A DNA stretch of 64,000 nt, from assembly GCF_964204645.1 (NCBI RefSeq), contig NC_134025.1, forward strand, positions 14,818,001-14,882,000. Reading direction: 5' to 3'. Shown in pieces: positions 26,995 through 39,935 of this stretch. Each line of letters starts with the position of its first letter. Positions within the stretch are counted from its first letter, which is position 1. The notes beneath the pieces are model-generated. The model saw only the letters and a program-made list of their open reading frames with translations, was not told the DNA's origin and ran no database searches. The DNA comes from Tubulanus polymorphus. Lineage: Eukaryota > Animalia > Nemertea. The translations under genes and the position numbers were made by a program.

Positions 26995-27599
26995 CCCAAA
27001 TTTAAGTCCTCGTGACTTAGACAAGTACAGACGAAGCTGCTGATCTACGGATTGTGACTGAAACATACCACAAAATAGAAGATCGCATTCAACTACACTT
27101 GTGACAAGACCGTGCTGATCGCCGAAATCGCTGCTGTTTTGGTGGATACAACACATTATGGTAACTTGTTGTCAGCCATAGGTAATATAATTGAATCTTT
27201 GTCTCGAATTAGTGGTCGGATATTGAGTATAGGAAATTATAGCTGTTTGAGTTTGGGAGCATTACCGTGTAGTTGAGCAGTTTGGTATATGTCACAAGTT
27301 TCGATTGTTCAATGCAAAGTATTTTTCTAGCTATACATTATTCATAATCAGTTTCATTTCGTTCAGTACACTTACGTGGTATACACTTCAAAAAGATGAA
27401 GCGCATACATTGTAGTAAGGATGTTTGTCGCAAAGAAGCATCTCGATTATGGGTATCTGATATCAATGCGGTTGATATAAGCTTAGTTTCAGGGTTGAAT
27501 CGGAATATTATAAACGTTGATATAACACTCCCAACGAGCATTAGTCGATACAGGTGCATCAATTTCATGTATTGCTAGATCAACGGTCGAAGGATGTAT

Positions 27600-29301
27600 C
27601 AAAAATCCCATATATAGTCATTCGGATATAAACATTATTAGAGGAGTTTGTGGGGAAGCACATTCAGTAATTGGTAGAATTGATGTACTCATTTGCATTC
27701 AATCTCATGTATTAACGCATAAGTTTTATGTATTCGATAGGCTACATACAGATGTCATTCTAGGACTAGATTTTTTGAAGGAAAACAATGTAAACATTGA
27801 CCTTGCATCAGGCACAATTGAATTTAAAGATGTTTCCATTCCATTAAAGATTCTTAGGAATAAACAAGAGCTGTACAGAAATAAAGCTAAAACGATTAAC
27901 AAGATAGTTATTTCACCAAATACTAAACAAATAGTTCAAATAAGTGTCGATACGTTGGCGGAAGGTTCATTGGTTGTTTTTGAACCACAAGTTATTGAAT
28001 AAATGTTTAGGTGGAGGTAAAACATTATGTAAAATCACGGACGGTAAAATTTTCGCTACTATTGTGAATCCTACTAATGAACCGATTCAAATTTCAAAAG
28101 ATTATGTGCTTGGATTTGCATACAATGTAACTGACGATGATTGTTTTGATTTCGCAGATGACAATACTAGTGCAAACATTTTCTCCATTGATACTGAAAC
28201 ACCACGTGATTATGATGAAAAAAATAAAATAGCGGAAAATTTAGGCACAAAAATTCCGGCAAATTCAGGATTGTCTCTTGAACAAAAGGAGAGATTAATG
28301 TATTTAATTGGATGTAATAGGTCAATATTTGCTAGTAACTTACAAGAAATCCGCAAAACTTCATTAGTTACGCATAAGATAGAAACAACTGATGACGACC
28401 CTATAATTCAAAGACCTTATCGCAAAAGTCCACATTTGAGACAGGTAGAAAACGACTTGGTTAACGAACTGTTAGATGCCGATCTCATAGAACCAACTGA
28501 TTCTGTTTTCAATAATCCTGTGGTTTTGGTCAGAAAACCAGACAATACGTATAGGTTTACTATTGATTTTAGAAAACTGAATTCGAAGCAATATGTATTG
28601 TGTTTCATTGATGATCTAATCATATTCTCTCAAGATTTTGACAATCACCTAGTTCATTTATCAAATGTTTTTGAGAAGCTTAAACAAGCCGGTCTAACTG
28701 CCAAACCGACTAAGTGTGAATTTGCAGTCCCAGAAATTGAATATCTGGGTTATACCTTATCTGCTGAGGGTCTTCGGTTTAAGTAGACGAGATTATGATA
28801 AACCTCCTCCTCCTAGACCTGATGATCCTTCACAAGAAACTGTTTTCACAGCAATGACAAATGGATCTCAGTCTTATGAAGTCATGTTTGATTATACTAG
28901 CCCCGTGGTGGCTGAGTTAACTCCTGATACTTATAAGGAGATTGAACTGATTAAACCTGCTAATATAACTCACTTACAGCAGAATTGCCCTGAAGTTTGT
29001 CACATGTTGGTACATAAGTTAGATCCATCATATGCTGTCAACGATGAAAAACTGTTTCGAAAGCTCAGTTGGAGGGCCGACCAATATGGTATTATCGATG
29101 GCACGTTATATTATTTGTATACGCCTAGAGTTACTGGTATTCCTAAAGCCAAGAAGGTCATCCCAGTTCTTGAAGTTCCTAGGTCATTACGGTCGAAAAT
29201 ATTGAAAGCTTACCATGATTCATTAGTGGGGGGTTGCCACCAGGGTCGAGATCGTCTTTATGGTGTTTTACGTAATAAATATCATTGGGATTCCATGTAT
29301 G
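27600..29301 (+). pseudogene. Gypsy pol remnant (protease end, partial RT, integrase zinc-finger start)
   Basis: ILGLDFL, HKIETTDDDPIIQRPYR, PVVLVRKPDNTYRFTIDFRKLN, FIDDLIIFS, KCEFAVPEIEYLG and YHDSLVGGCHQGRDR. RNase H and integrase core are absent. Confidence 0.9.
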
Positions 29302-31119
29302 AAATGCTAGTTCCCCAGCCAGCCCGCCGATACAACAACCAGCCGGTTACACGTTCGCCACACACGCGTGGCAACAGTAAGTAGGCCTATGTACATTACT
29401 ACGGTTGCCACACGCGCGTGTCTGCAACCAATCGATAAAATACATACACACTCATCGTAGTAGACACAAAATCAGTGTTGCAATCAATATGCATTGAAAT
29501 GCGATACTTTTACGCGACGATAAGTAAAACAGGCACTGAACGCTTTTACGGTTCACCTGATTACCGATCGCGCCAGACCAATTGAATGAGATCGTCACCC
29601 CCCCCCCCATACTTTTACAACAATTTTGGACTATTTGGATCTGTGGGGAATTCTCATCCCTGCTGTTCATATTTTCTACAACGGCGCCTCACAAACGCAC
29701 GCATTTAGTTTGGCTACTGAAGTCATAATACTTCAAAAAGTTGACAAAGAAAAGAAGAACAGTTGATTTATGTAGAATGTTTAATTTGAAGGCTCGACCC
29801 GGCTCATCGAACAGGTAAACTCAAGCAATTTGTCAGTGTTTTTATTAATCATATTAGCTGTCAGGTCATTTGGTAAACCAAAATCAATCAATCATATGGA
29901 AGGGAGCATAGCTTCCTTCTTGTGAGTATTTTCCATGTAAAATCTTGGTAGGACTGAAGAAAAATAAAGAATGAAAACTAGATTGGATTGAATTCCAATG
30001 ATGAGAAATCTTACTTTTTTCAAATGATCATAAATAGATCATAAATCAAGACGGAAGTATATCAGGAAAGGGTTTGTTTTAACGTTAGATATGATAAATT
30101 CAAAGGGGACCAGTGCTCCAAGTAATGCCTAACCTGTGTCCCCTTGAACCAAGAAATTTATATGAAAATCCGTCAAAGGACACGATCTCCACGAAATCAC
30201 ACACAACTGCATGATGATTTATCATGGATATTTGTAGTAGTGGGTTTTCCCCAATGAATCAACATAGACACCTTCCGTACGAAATTGAGAAGAAATCAAT
30301 ACAATTTATATATCTCGCATTAAACATTGTCACACTGTTACCAAGATTTCCATTATTACAAAAACAATCATCTATAGACTTGCAACATTTTTTAAATGGA
30401 AAGCCCTAATTCGATTTTGAAGACCATTGCTGAATTTGAGGCCTTGAATTTCCCTTTTAATAATTCAATAATTGCAAGGCCCGCTATGAACGGAATCCTG
30501 TAGCAACGAGCAACAGCCAACATGTGCGCCACTTCCAGCTTTGCTGACAACTGATTGGAATATTGCCAATATCTTGGAAAACTTTAATTAGGCCACGTGC
30601 ATCGAGGCGCGTTTTTCTCATAGCTAGCAATAGTGAGTTGAGTCAAACCACGCGGCAGTAGTCTGAGTGAAGCGTGTGTGAAGCATATATTCACAAATAC
30701 TTCTGACCAGAAAATATACAGTCCTGCTGATAGCAGAAAAAGCCATCGATGTTGGGTTGAAAAAATCAGCCGGGTCTAAAAGGACTGACAGACGGGTCCG
30801 GGACCAAATTAGTTACCAATGGTTAGTCCAAATTAGGTTTTTTTTGGTTTATTCAGCTTATGGTAGGAAATGACATGTTTGGTTGATTCATAGCATGTTC
30901 AGTGATACATTGCGCAAGATCTTTTGAATGCTCCGGCATAAGTCACTGTGCCTCAGTACTTTCCTTGAGTTAAGTTATAAAACATTTGTTTTGACTATAT
31001 AGGCATATGTTTAGAAGCTACTATTTATTTTTTTCTTCAACCTCTACAGCAAAGTATCGGATACAACCGAGTTTATATTTTGCCCCCAGAACATAGTTGT
31101 AACGAGGTTTGACTGTAGT

Positions 31120-31360
31120 GAGGATGGGGTTTTGTTGGAGAAACCCATATTGATGAATTATACAGATGGTGGTCCTGACCACAGAACATATTATTCTGTT
31201 CAGCTGACTGCTATTGGGATATTTTTACTACTTGAGCTAGACATGTATGTCACTGCTAGGACATATCCTGGTGGGGCTTATGCTAATCTGGCTAAAAGAT
31301 ATAATTCTTAACTGAATTTAGCACCTCAGAATGTTTCTACAAACAGAAAAGAATGGGTCG
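31120..31360 (+). pseudogene. Zator-like transposase catalytic fragment
   Basis: Reads YTDGGPDHR..SVQLTAIGIFLLLELDMYVTARTYPGGAYAN, resembling the DGGPD..RTAP..N segment of Zator-type DDE transposases. Confidence 0.5.
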
Positions 31361-32052
31361 TTGAAGCCAGCTTTACTCGAGTCGATGAAAGACTAGAGAA
31401 TCGAGAAATTCTGAAAGAAAGGTTCACACAATAAAGCTCAGCGGCTAACCAACCAGGGTGAGTTATTAGTAAAAGTTGCATGGAGCAAAACCCTGTTGCA
31501 TGTCTGTTTAATATTTGAAATCACTTTTCATTTCAGATTTTATAATTTGAAGATGATATTTTTTTATTACGAAATAGGCTTGGTAACACAAAATCATTGG
31601 CTGTGGTTTTCAAATTCATAAAACATAGGACTCTATTTACTCAAATGCTTTAATGAGTATTCCTATATAGGCTAATAGTAATATTATTTTTTCAAAGATT
31701 TAAAAATACTTATTATCTATGAATTTTTCAGGTCTATTCTGCAGCACTAAAAATTGGAATTGAGGACATATGGACACATGGACATATAACCCACGCTTGC
31801 TAGATGTTATTGGCCACTATGTGGTAGGGTCCTCCAAATCTAATTATTTTCTCATTGATTATCGGATAATAAAGGATTCAGTACAAATAGTGAGCGGTGA
31901 TTCTCGTGTACTCTTCACCAATTAGTCATAATTCCCATTTAAAGACAGTGTCATTTTTTAAATGTTTCCTGCGTTTATTGACCTTGCTTAGGAACGCGTA
32001 AACAAACAAATGGTAAATTATGGCTGCTTCATGTAAAGCAATCGGCGAAAAC

Positions 32053-33860
32053 ATGGCCAGAATGGTCAAGAAAATGAAATGTTTACATCAGAGTACAGAC
32101 TGATTGTTGACAAGGTTATGAGCTTTATTCATAATTTTTACAACTAAACAACTAAAAGCAACAGAAGATATAATATGGGAACGATGCGATCAAACCATTC
32201 TTTGTGAATGAACCATTCGTATGAAACGCCCCCATAGTTCAACTCGGTCAGAAAAAGAGGATCATACAGATGATATAGTTGAAGCCATACAATTGCCAGA
32301 TGCTACAAGAAAGTTCCCAAATATAATGATGCATTCAAGTGATTTGATAATGTTTAGAGAGTGTATGTGTGAAAACCGATCCCCTAAAGTGCATTCTGAT
32401 ATGAGCCAATCATTAGATGATCGCCTGAGTAAGATCGAAAATGAATTATGTAAAATGTCTAAATGTTGATATCTCAAGTCGAAGTGTCTTTCTGCACAGA
32501 AAATTTGCTATATTCTTCAGCCATCAAGTCTAAGGCCCTGATTATCCAGGGGCGGATCCAGACCGTATTAGCCGTATTGCCCAATACGGTCTAGAATTTT
32601 TAAGTGCCCTTCGAAATTTCACCGGCAATATTTTTGACGGCATTATTTCAGCAACCGCTAATTCCGTGTCCGTAATCCGGGCATAATTATAAAATTAATC
32701 GGTATATACTGCTGTCAAGAAAGTGAGGAGAGATAATCATATTTGTAAAGCCTTTAATCATGATAAATTAAAAAGGGCACTTTCCTTTTGCAAGGGGCAC
32801 TCATGCTTTAGATGAGGGCACCTTGTCCTTCCTTGCCTTTTCAGGGAGGGCTAAAGGGGCACTCGTACTTTAGAAGAGGGCACTATACGCGGAAAATGTT
32901 GAAGAAAAGGGCACTTTTTTGCCTAATTTGTAAAATTTTAGGGGCACTTTTGGTTTGGAAGATGGCACACGACATAAGGATAAATGTGAAGACGAGGCAA
33001 TTTTTGCCGATTGTTAACAATGAAGGGGCACTTAGCCGTATTCTGTATAATTGTAAAGGGGCACTTTTAAAGATTATAGGGGCACTAGGCGAAGTTGGCG
33101 ACAACCATTCTTTCATGGGTTCGCCAGCTTCATTGTTTATCCGCATCTGTTGAAATCTTGTCTCGAATTCGTTTATTCTGGATTGCTCTGCTAGCCTCTA
33201 GAAGCCCTCTAAAAGCCTTTAAGGACTTCGCGCCTTCGGCGCTCGCATTGACCTGTATACTGGGTGTGCCCTAAGATCAGAAAGGTGCCCTTAAATTTCC
33301 TTCCAATACTGTCTACCCATCCCCCTGGATCCGCCCCTGTTATCCCAATAATCAAAATTGGGGGATACAAGAGTGAACCCTCGACCGCAGAGCTTATTCG
33401 TCAGACGAAAAAAACGCTTAGCGATCAAAGCTGCAGACGTCGATGCAAATGTTTAAAAGTCAAACCGTTAAAAATTGGTTAATTCACTCGACGTGCCAAG
33501 ATCCTTTCAACGTCGCGACTTTAGCATGGATTCAAATAGAAACAGAGACGAGTGGACTAAAGTGTCACGTACGAGACAAAAAGGTAAAATTGTCAAAGGC
33601 GTAGCGGTGCCCACCACCAAACCGTGATATTGTCGTTTATTGTGTCTCTCAGGAAATCTCTGTTCAAAATACGTAAACATTCAAAGACTGCAATTTTAAT
33701 GTCAGTTTCAATGAACAACTTTCTAATGATGAAAGGTCAAAGTATCGTTCTTTCAGAGTAACAGTCCCAGTGAACGAATTCTGTGAGATTCTCTCACCCG
33801 ATATTTGACCAGAGGGTATTCAAGTGAGAAAATTCTATTTCCGTAAAAAAACACAAACAC
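32053..33860 (+). pseudogene. Degraded LINE (CR1/L2/Jockey-type) ORF1, split by a MITE
   Basis: N-terminal KRPHSSTRSEKEDHTDDIVEA, a coiled-coil-like RLSKIENELCK, and C-terminal YRSFRVTVP..LSPDI*PEGIQVRKF (the WPxGxxVRxF motif, with a stop at W). Confidence 0.55.
32547..33339. mobile_element. CAGGGGCGGATCCAG MITE with 5-bp TSD
   Basis: Perfect 15-bp TIR. TTATC at 32542-32546 and 33340-33344. About a dozen internal GGGCAC motifs. Confidence 0.85.
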
Positions 33861-33916
33861 AATGATGAACAAAAAGAATAAAGCATTCATGGTTATACTT
33901 CTCTCATTGTTGATAA

Positions 33917-34094
33917 TGTAACATAGTGATTCTAAATTATGTAAAGGTCACGTGATACGTGATAGCCGTGTGAGAGGGAGACCGTGTGTAAGACTCGAAT
34001 GTTCTGGAATAAAGATGAATCTGTCTTGTCGAAAATTGTCGTTACTGTTAGATTACTGGCTGTGAAAAACAGGAAAGATCCCACGAATACAACA
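33917..34094 (+). repeat. Putative 5' LTR of the large Gypsy element
   Basis: Runs TGTAAC...CAACA, contains AATAAA at about 34008, and is followed directly by TGG. No second copy in the window to confirm the boundaries. Confidence 0.45.
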
Positions 34095-34562
34095 TGGATG
34101 ACCGGGTTCGCTAGAGTGCACTCTGACACAATTCCAGAAATATCGACCGACATACTCATTTTGGCATTTTAGTTTTCACGGTTTCTTTCAACTAAAATGG
34201 CCACTATCGATCGTCTTTATGGAAACTTACACACGTGATTCGTAGAGACATAATCATCGTTTTCTGCTCTGGAAATACCGGAAGCTTATTTAGTTATAGG
34301 AAAATCCGGACATATTTCATTCGTTCGTTTGATTACGCCTACGAGCCTTAGAGTTTTATAAACATTTAGATGCCCAGATCAATTACTGCAAAAAGGTGTC
34401 TTCATGATTTTGTACGTAGGGATTATATTTTTCGAATTTTTATGTTTTATTGAGTCTGCTTTCGCACTACACACTAGTTTTTCTGTACATTATCCTTAAT
34501 TTTGTCTATTTTTTGGGTGAGTAGTCCACTGTTGATACCTTTTGTTTCAAGTGTATTTCAAA

Positions 34563-35088
34563 ATGGCAGAATTAAAACCAACAGATTTGTTACCTTCTCA
34601 ATTTTCAGGCGAGACATGTAATTATGAGGCAGCGTTAGCCCATTGGCTTGCTTTCAAGGATTACCTGGATTTGCATAATCTCATACCAAAAGGAGGGATG
34701 GACTGGAGATTCATAGGATGCAAGATTGTTGGCAGAAAACAAAGTTTTTAATAATATCAATGATATTAAAACTTTTTTCCTTTACAGGTTTTCTCCTAGA
34801 CAGTCCGACCTGGCCTTAGTTTCGCAATTTCAAGATTTGAAATTTTCTACAGACGGTAATATCCACAAATTTTTGGAAAAGTTACTTCATTCTGCGGCCA
34901 AGATAAATTACGGACCAGTACAGGCCAAACATGAACTACTCCAATCCCTCCCAGAGCAATGCAGGGTATCAGTCATTATGGCAATGACACCAGAATCAAC
35001 GGCAGAACAAATTGCCACTGCTGCCCAGTCATATCTGGATGTTAGCACGAAAGAGAAAACTGTTTCATTTGCAGATGCACTTCATTAG
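34563..35088 (+). pseudogene. Gypsy gag remnant
   Basis: PSQFSGE..AHWLAFKDY, FLYRFS..QFQDLKF and LLQSLPEQCR are retrotransposon gag-like. Frameshifted. Confidence 0.6.
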
Positions 35089-36139
35089 TTGTCAGAGACA
35101 GATACATCAGTTGATCAATTAAATTCAGATTTTGATGCTGTTAATCTTTCAGATCGTAGCAGGAACAAAGTAAGAACAAATAGTCCTCGATAATATCGTT
35201 GGAACCAAAGATTAAGGTCATCTTCTGAGAGATACAGAGTACATCGAGAGGTAGACCTAATAGTCAAGTAATAGTTCTTTTCACAGGAATGGTCACGTCT
35301 GGAAGAAGCGTTTCCGTTATCTCGGCATGACATCGAATCAACAGGAACCATTTAATCAAGATCAGGGATATGATCAGCAGTGTGATTTGTTCCCAAATCA
35401 CAATAATTCTAATTTTCAGACACAGAATTTACGGCTATAGATAGTTTAGGTCCGGCAAGTAGATTGTGTTCAAACCAGAATTTACCGTTTGACGATGAAG
35501 ATACTGTTGTGATTCAGTTGGATTCGAAGAATTAAACGAAGGGTTATTTGGAAAACTTTATTTTGAATGTTATTTGGAAGTCTTTAGTGATACTTTTTGA
35601 TTCAGGTGCGAGAAGAAAACTTATCTCTGGATCGTCAATCAAAAATTCCAAATTCTTGTCTTTTTTACCACAGATGTAAAACCAATTCATTTCAAAATTG
35701 GTAATGGACAAGTTTTGACAGCGAAGAAAGGTATTAATTTTGAGATTGTCATTCAACAAGTGAAATTGAAAGCATTTCCCATCACATTTTCTAGTGAAAC
35801 TTCGGAAGAACAATAGTACAGTCGTGATTACGAATAAGACTAACATACCGATACTTTTTAGCAAAAGTAAACCCTTATTTTATTCTGACTTATATGATCT
35901 TTTATTCACATTATAGAAGAGGTAAACGTAGATTCATTTTAAGACGTTCAACAGGAGAATTTGAAGAAATATCCTCATCTTGACAAATCAGATATCTCTA
36001 AGAAAACACCTGATGAAATAATACATTCATCATTAGATTTGAAGTCTGATCATTCTGTTCTAGCAGACTCAGAAAAGGATGATGTTTATTGATTGTTGCT
36101 TCAACATAAAGAAGCGTTTAGTTTATATGGAGAGATAGG

Positions 36140-37056
36140 CAGGGATCCCAGAGGGCCCTCACCAAATCCGCGGAAGGTTCTTACGGCTACAGTATCATAG
36201 GCAGGCAACCACGTAGTGGTTCAGTTGCTTAATTCACTCTTAATTAGAAATTTTTTGCAAAGTTTTATAATCTTCTGCGCCGCCGGTGATCTTTCCATTT
36301 ACAAAGTCACACACAGACACATCTTTTTATCGGAATAACACATCGTTAATGGACGCTTTTACGATCCCGGCGCTTTTACGGCCGTTCGATGTGATCAACC
36401 GATAAATCTTACCTGCGCCTGGAAGTTTGAAATTTGTTCTTCGATCTTTTACAATTTCTTTGTGTTTATCAGTTTTAGCATGATCTTCAAGAGATACACG
36501 TCCTCGGGTACCATAAGCGAGTTCCTTGTCGCACCATATACATATTGCTTTCCCAGGGCTATTAAGTTTCCTCGCCCCATCCGAATGTCGCACACCATCC
36601 ACTTCAATTTCGAGCCAGTCCCATCTCCAGCTGTTTTTCACTTTCTCGTCGATAGCCCTCCGATCCAACGATCCATATCTCTCAACTACTTTTTTAGACG
36701 ACATACCAGACGCCCGTACTACGACTACTTCAATAGCCTGTACGTACTTGACTGTGTGTGACTATTACAAACCACTACCTAGCTACGTCTCACTGTTGGG
36801 AGTATTTCTATAGTGGACTACTGATTTTTTAGAATGTTAATTTTAGAACAACGAACGTGCTAGTGTAGCGGCGCGCACTGCGAGCACCGTCATTGCGTAG
36901 CCATCGTCTCTAAGAATGACGATGCTGTAATAGCGAATTGAAAGAGCTCACCCTACCCCCCCTCATTTTTACATCAAATTTACATCGATCTCGGAGACCA
37001 CAAATTCGCGGCAAAACAGCGGATTTCCGCTAATCCGCGGAACTCTGGGATCCCTG
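36140..37056 (-). mobile_element. Non-autonomous hAT-like element with 6-bp TSD, retaining transposase exon 1
   Basis: 14-bp TIR CAGGGATCCCAGAG / CTCTGGGATCCCTG. GATAGG at 36134-36139 and 37057-37062. ORF 36327-36704 (WRWDWLE..CIWC..H..H) is homologous to 16413-16604. Confidence 0.9.
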
Positions 37057-39395
37057 GATAGGTCATAGCTGATATAACAGTGAACGATAACTCACCATTT
37101 TTTATTCATCCTTATCCAATTTCAGAAGAAAGCAGACATACTGTTGATAAAGAACTCTGCAAGTTAGTGAAACTCGGTGTACTTGAACGTAGATGTTCAC
37201 CATACTGTTCGCCTTGTTTTCCGATCAGAAAACCAAATTCTAATGATTTTCGCTGTGTAACTGATTTTAGGTATTTAAATTCGCGCGTACTTAGTACATA
37301 GCAAAATCATCTTACGTTACAGGATGTTTTGAAAATAACTCTGAAGAAATGTAGATTGTTTAGAAATACTGTAACTTATATCCGTCATATTATCTCTGTT
37401 TCAGAAGAAGGCAAAGTCCAAGCAATGGGAGATAAATGTAGTGCTACAAGAAATATGAAGGTTCCTACTAGCATAACACAAGTTCAAAGATTTGTGGGAG
37501 CAGTGAATTATTTAACTATGTATCTTCCTAGTTTACAGAAATATCTTGAACCATTTTACGCGTTAATGAAGAAGAACAAGCCTTTCGTTTGGACTGAACA
37601 GCATGAAGAAAACTTTGAAGTCATCAAGAATATGTTAACTAATCCACCAGTCTTGTGTGCTCCTCAAAGTGATGGTGATTTTTCGCTATTTTCAGACACT
37701 AGTCAAAGTATGACAGGAGGTGCACTTTATCAGAAGAATCAAGAAAAACAGATTGGTTGCATACCACTCCAAAGTTCTTCCTAAAGCGGCTAAATCCTAT
37801 TCCATCAGTGAATTGGAATTGTATGGATTATGGTTAAACATTCTTACATTTAAACATATTTTGACATCGATTTCGTTTCATTGTTATGTCGGTCATTCGT
37901 CATTGATATATATTTACAGGTCGAAGAACCAACCACCTACGCTTAGGATGCAAAAGTTACTCGAACATCTATCACCATATTCGTTGATCATTCCTATTGC
38001 AAGGGTTCAGACTTGGTTATTGCAGATTTTCTAAGTAGAGCACCTCGCGATAATGACAGTGAATTAGATCGAGTTAAGCCTGTTGTGCTCTCTACTCAAG
38101 ATGCTGATACTATTTTTCCATTTCAGATTGGTTCGATTGAGAAACCAGTAACAAGATGATTTGCGAAAGAAAAGAATATTAATATTAAATCGACTTTTCC
38201 AGAAAAACAGGAGAAATCTACAGTTCCACAGGAGAGTTATACGAGATGTGATGATACAACTGTGTCACAGGTTCCAGTAGATGTAGTACCAGTGGATAGA
38301 ATTTGTAGTAGAAGGGTATCTCAAAATAATCAACCTCTACAGCAAACTTGTGTAAATACAGGGTGTAGGTCTATTTTCAATCCAAGATTTTCAGATCGTG
38401 ATATTGTAGAAGATCCTAAATTGGTTGATCGCATTCGTCAGTTAAAAATGGATGATGTAGTTTCTAACGAGGAATGTCCTGAATTTTTAAGAAAACCAGA
38501 ACCTCTGATAGGAAAGCTCGATGATATAACTGCAAAACAAGTACCAAAGCAAGCAGAGCTGAACAGAATATTGAAAATCATCGAATGTAAAGTTATTCGA
38601 GATTACAACCTACAATATGAAGCAAATCAGTTTCGTTAAGCTCAGAAATCTGATCCGCATTTCAAACCTATTTTCGATTTTCTCGAAAATAATGTCTTAC
38701 CTGCAGACAAGAAAGCTGCTCGTGTGATACAATTACATTCACAAAATTTGTTGTTGTGTAATCATCTTCTTTTCAGATTGGTATTCTTACAGAAACCTTG
38801 AGAATTTACTTTTCAGTTAGTCATTCCAGAAGAAAACATCGACCAGTTGATTTCTCGATATCATGATGTGTTACTTAGTAGTCATCAGGGATGTACCGGG
38901 AGTTATCTGACTATGCGAAAGTTATATTTTTTCCCGGACATGTTTCAGAGAATCATTGCATATGTTCAATCTTGCACAAAGTGTCAAGAATTGAAGGGGA
39001 AAACAGACAGCCTTCGTCCATTTCATGAAAGAATCCCTAATGTTCATTCTCCATTTCGGTTAGTTAGTTTAGACTTCAAGCAGATGGTCACATCTAAAGC
39101 AGGTTATAGATATTTAATAGTTGTAACACGTAGTATTACCCGTTATACTGTGTGCGTTCCAATGAAGAGTGTTGATGCACAAGAGATAGCTGAGACATAA
39201 ATACAGCGTGTTTTTGTACTGTTTTGGAACTCCGGAGAGAATCGTTCATGACAAACAGTCATCTCTTGTAGGTAAAGTAATGGAGATTGTATGTTCTAGT
39301 TTAGGTATTAGTAAGGTTATATCTGTGGAAAATCATGGCTCTCTTCACGTCGAGAGGCAGATTCGTTTGATCAGTGATGCGATCAAAGTTCATCT
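37057..39395 (+). pseudogene. Gypsy pol remnant (partial RT, RNase H, integrase N-terminus and core)
   Basis: ORFs at 37080, 37329, 37720, 38847 and 39208 carry RT, RNase H and integrase motifs. The YxDD region is deleted. Confidence 0.9.
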
Positions 39396-39935
39396 TAGTC
39401 AGTAACCTGACTGTGGTTTAGTTTCACGATCGGATATTTTCACAAACCAAAGTCAGGAATGGGAAGGTCATTTTTCAATGAAATTGAATCGAGTAATTTA
39501 CCTGGCATTTCATTGTCTCTTAAGATATCCGTCTAATTTCTGTTGTAATCAACGCACAACAGATTCGTAGTTTGTTTGATACCTATAACACCTCACCTGA
39601 CGATCTTAATCCATGTGCAAATCGGCAGTAAACTGAGAGTAAATTTCCGTCGATTCGACGGCGGCCATTTTGAAAACTTGTGGAGGGTGCTGGCATCTGT
39701 GGCCTGAGGCCAGGACCACAACACAAACTAACGAAACGAAACAACGAAATTGAAAAAATTAAGAAATCAACACTTATTCACATTTTCTTCAACCAGAATT
39801 TATTTTTTCATTATTTATTATGGAAAACACGAAGATTTGACATATAAGTTAGGAAACTATCAAAAATAAAAATTGTCGCTTCGTTTTGAAAGTTTTATAT
39901 AAATCCTTGTAGGTCACCTAGTCTATCATGCCACA

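Larger units (their letters stand above)
26521..29351 (+). mobile_element. Internally deleted Ty3/Gypsy LTR retrotransposon
   Basis: TG..CA ends. 4-bp TSD CGTT (26517-26520, 29352-29355). The last 50 bp (29302-29351) equal the end of the 5' LTR. Contains pol remnants. Confidence 0.9.
26290..29662. mobile_element. CATCCCTG-ended hAT-like MITE split by a Gypsy insertion (pieces 26290-26520 and 29352-29662)
   Basis: The joined pieces match the uninterrupted copy at 55490-56045. Ends in TTCTCATCCCTG, the reverse complement of a CAGGGATG terminus. Confidence 0.75.

Noticed and set aside
31050-31117. Tigger-like end GTTGTAACGAGGTTTGACTG|TA
   Set aside because: No matching left TIR was found, so element boundaries cannot be given.
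34095-34112. TGGATGACCGGGTTCG as a specific tRNA primer binding site
   Set aside because: The position fits a PBS, but I cannot match it to a tRNA 3' end by eye, so no tRNA is assigned.
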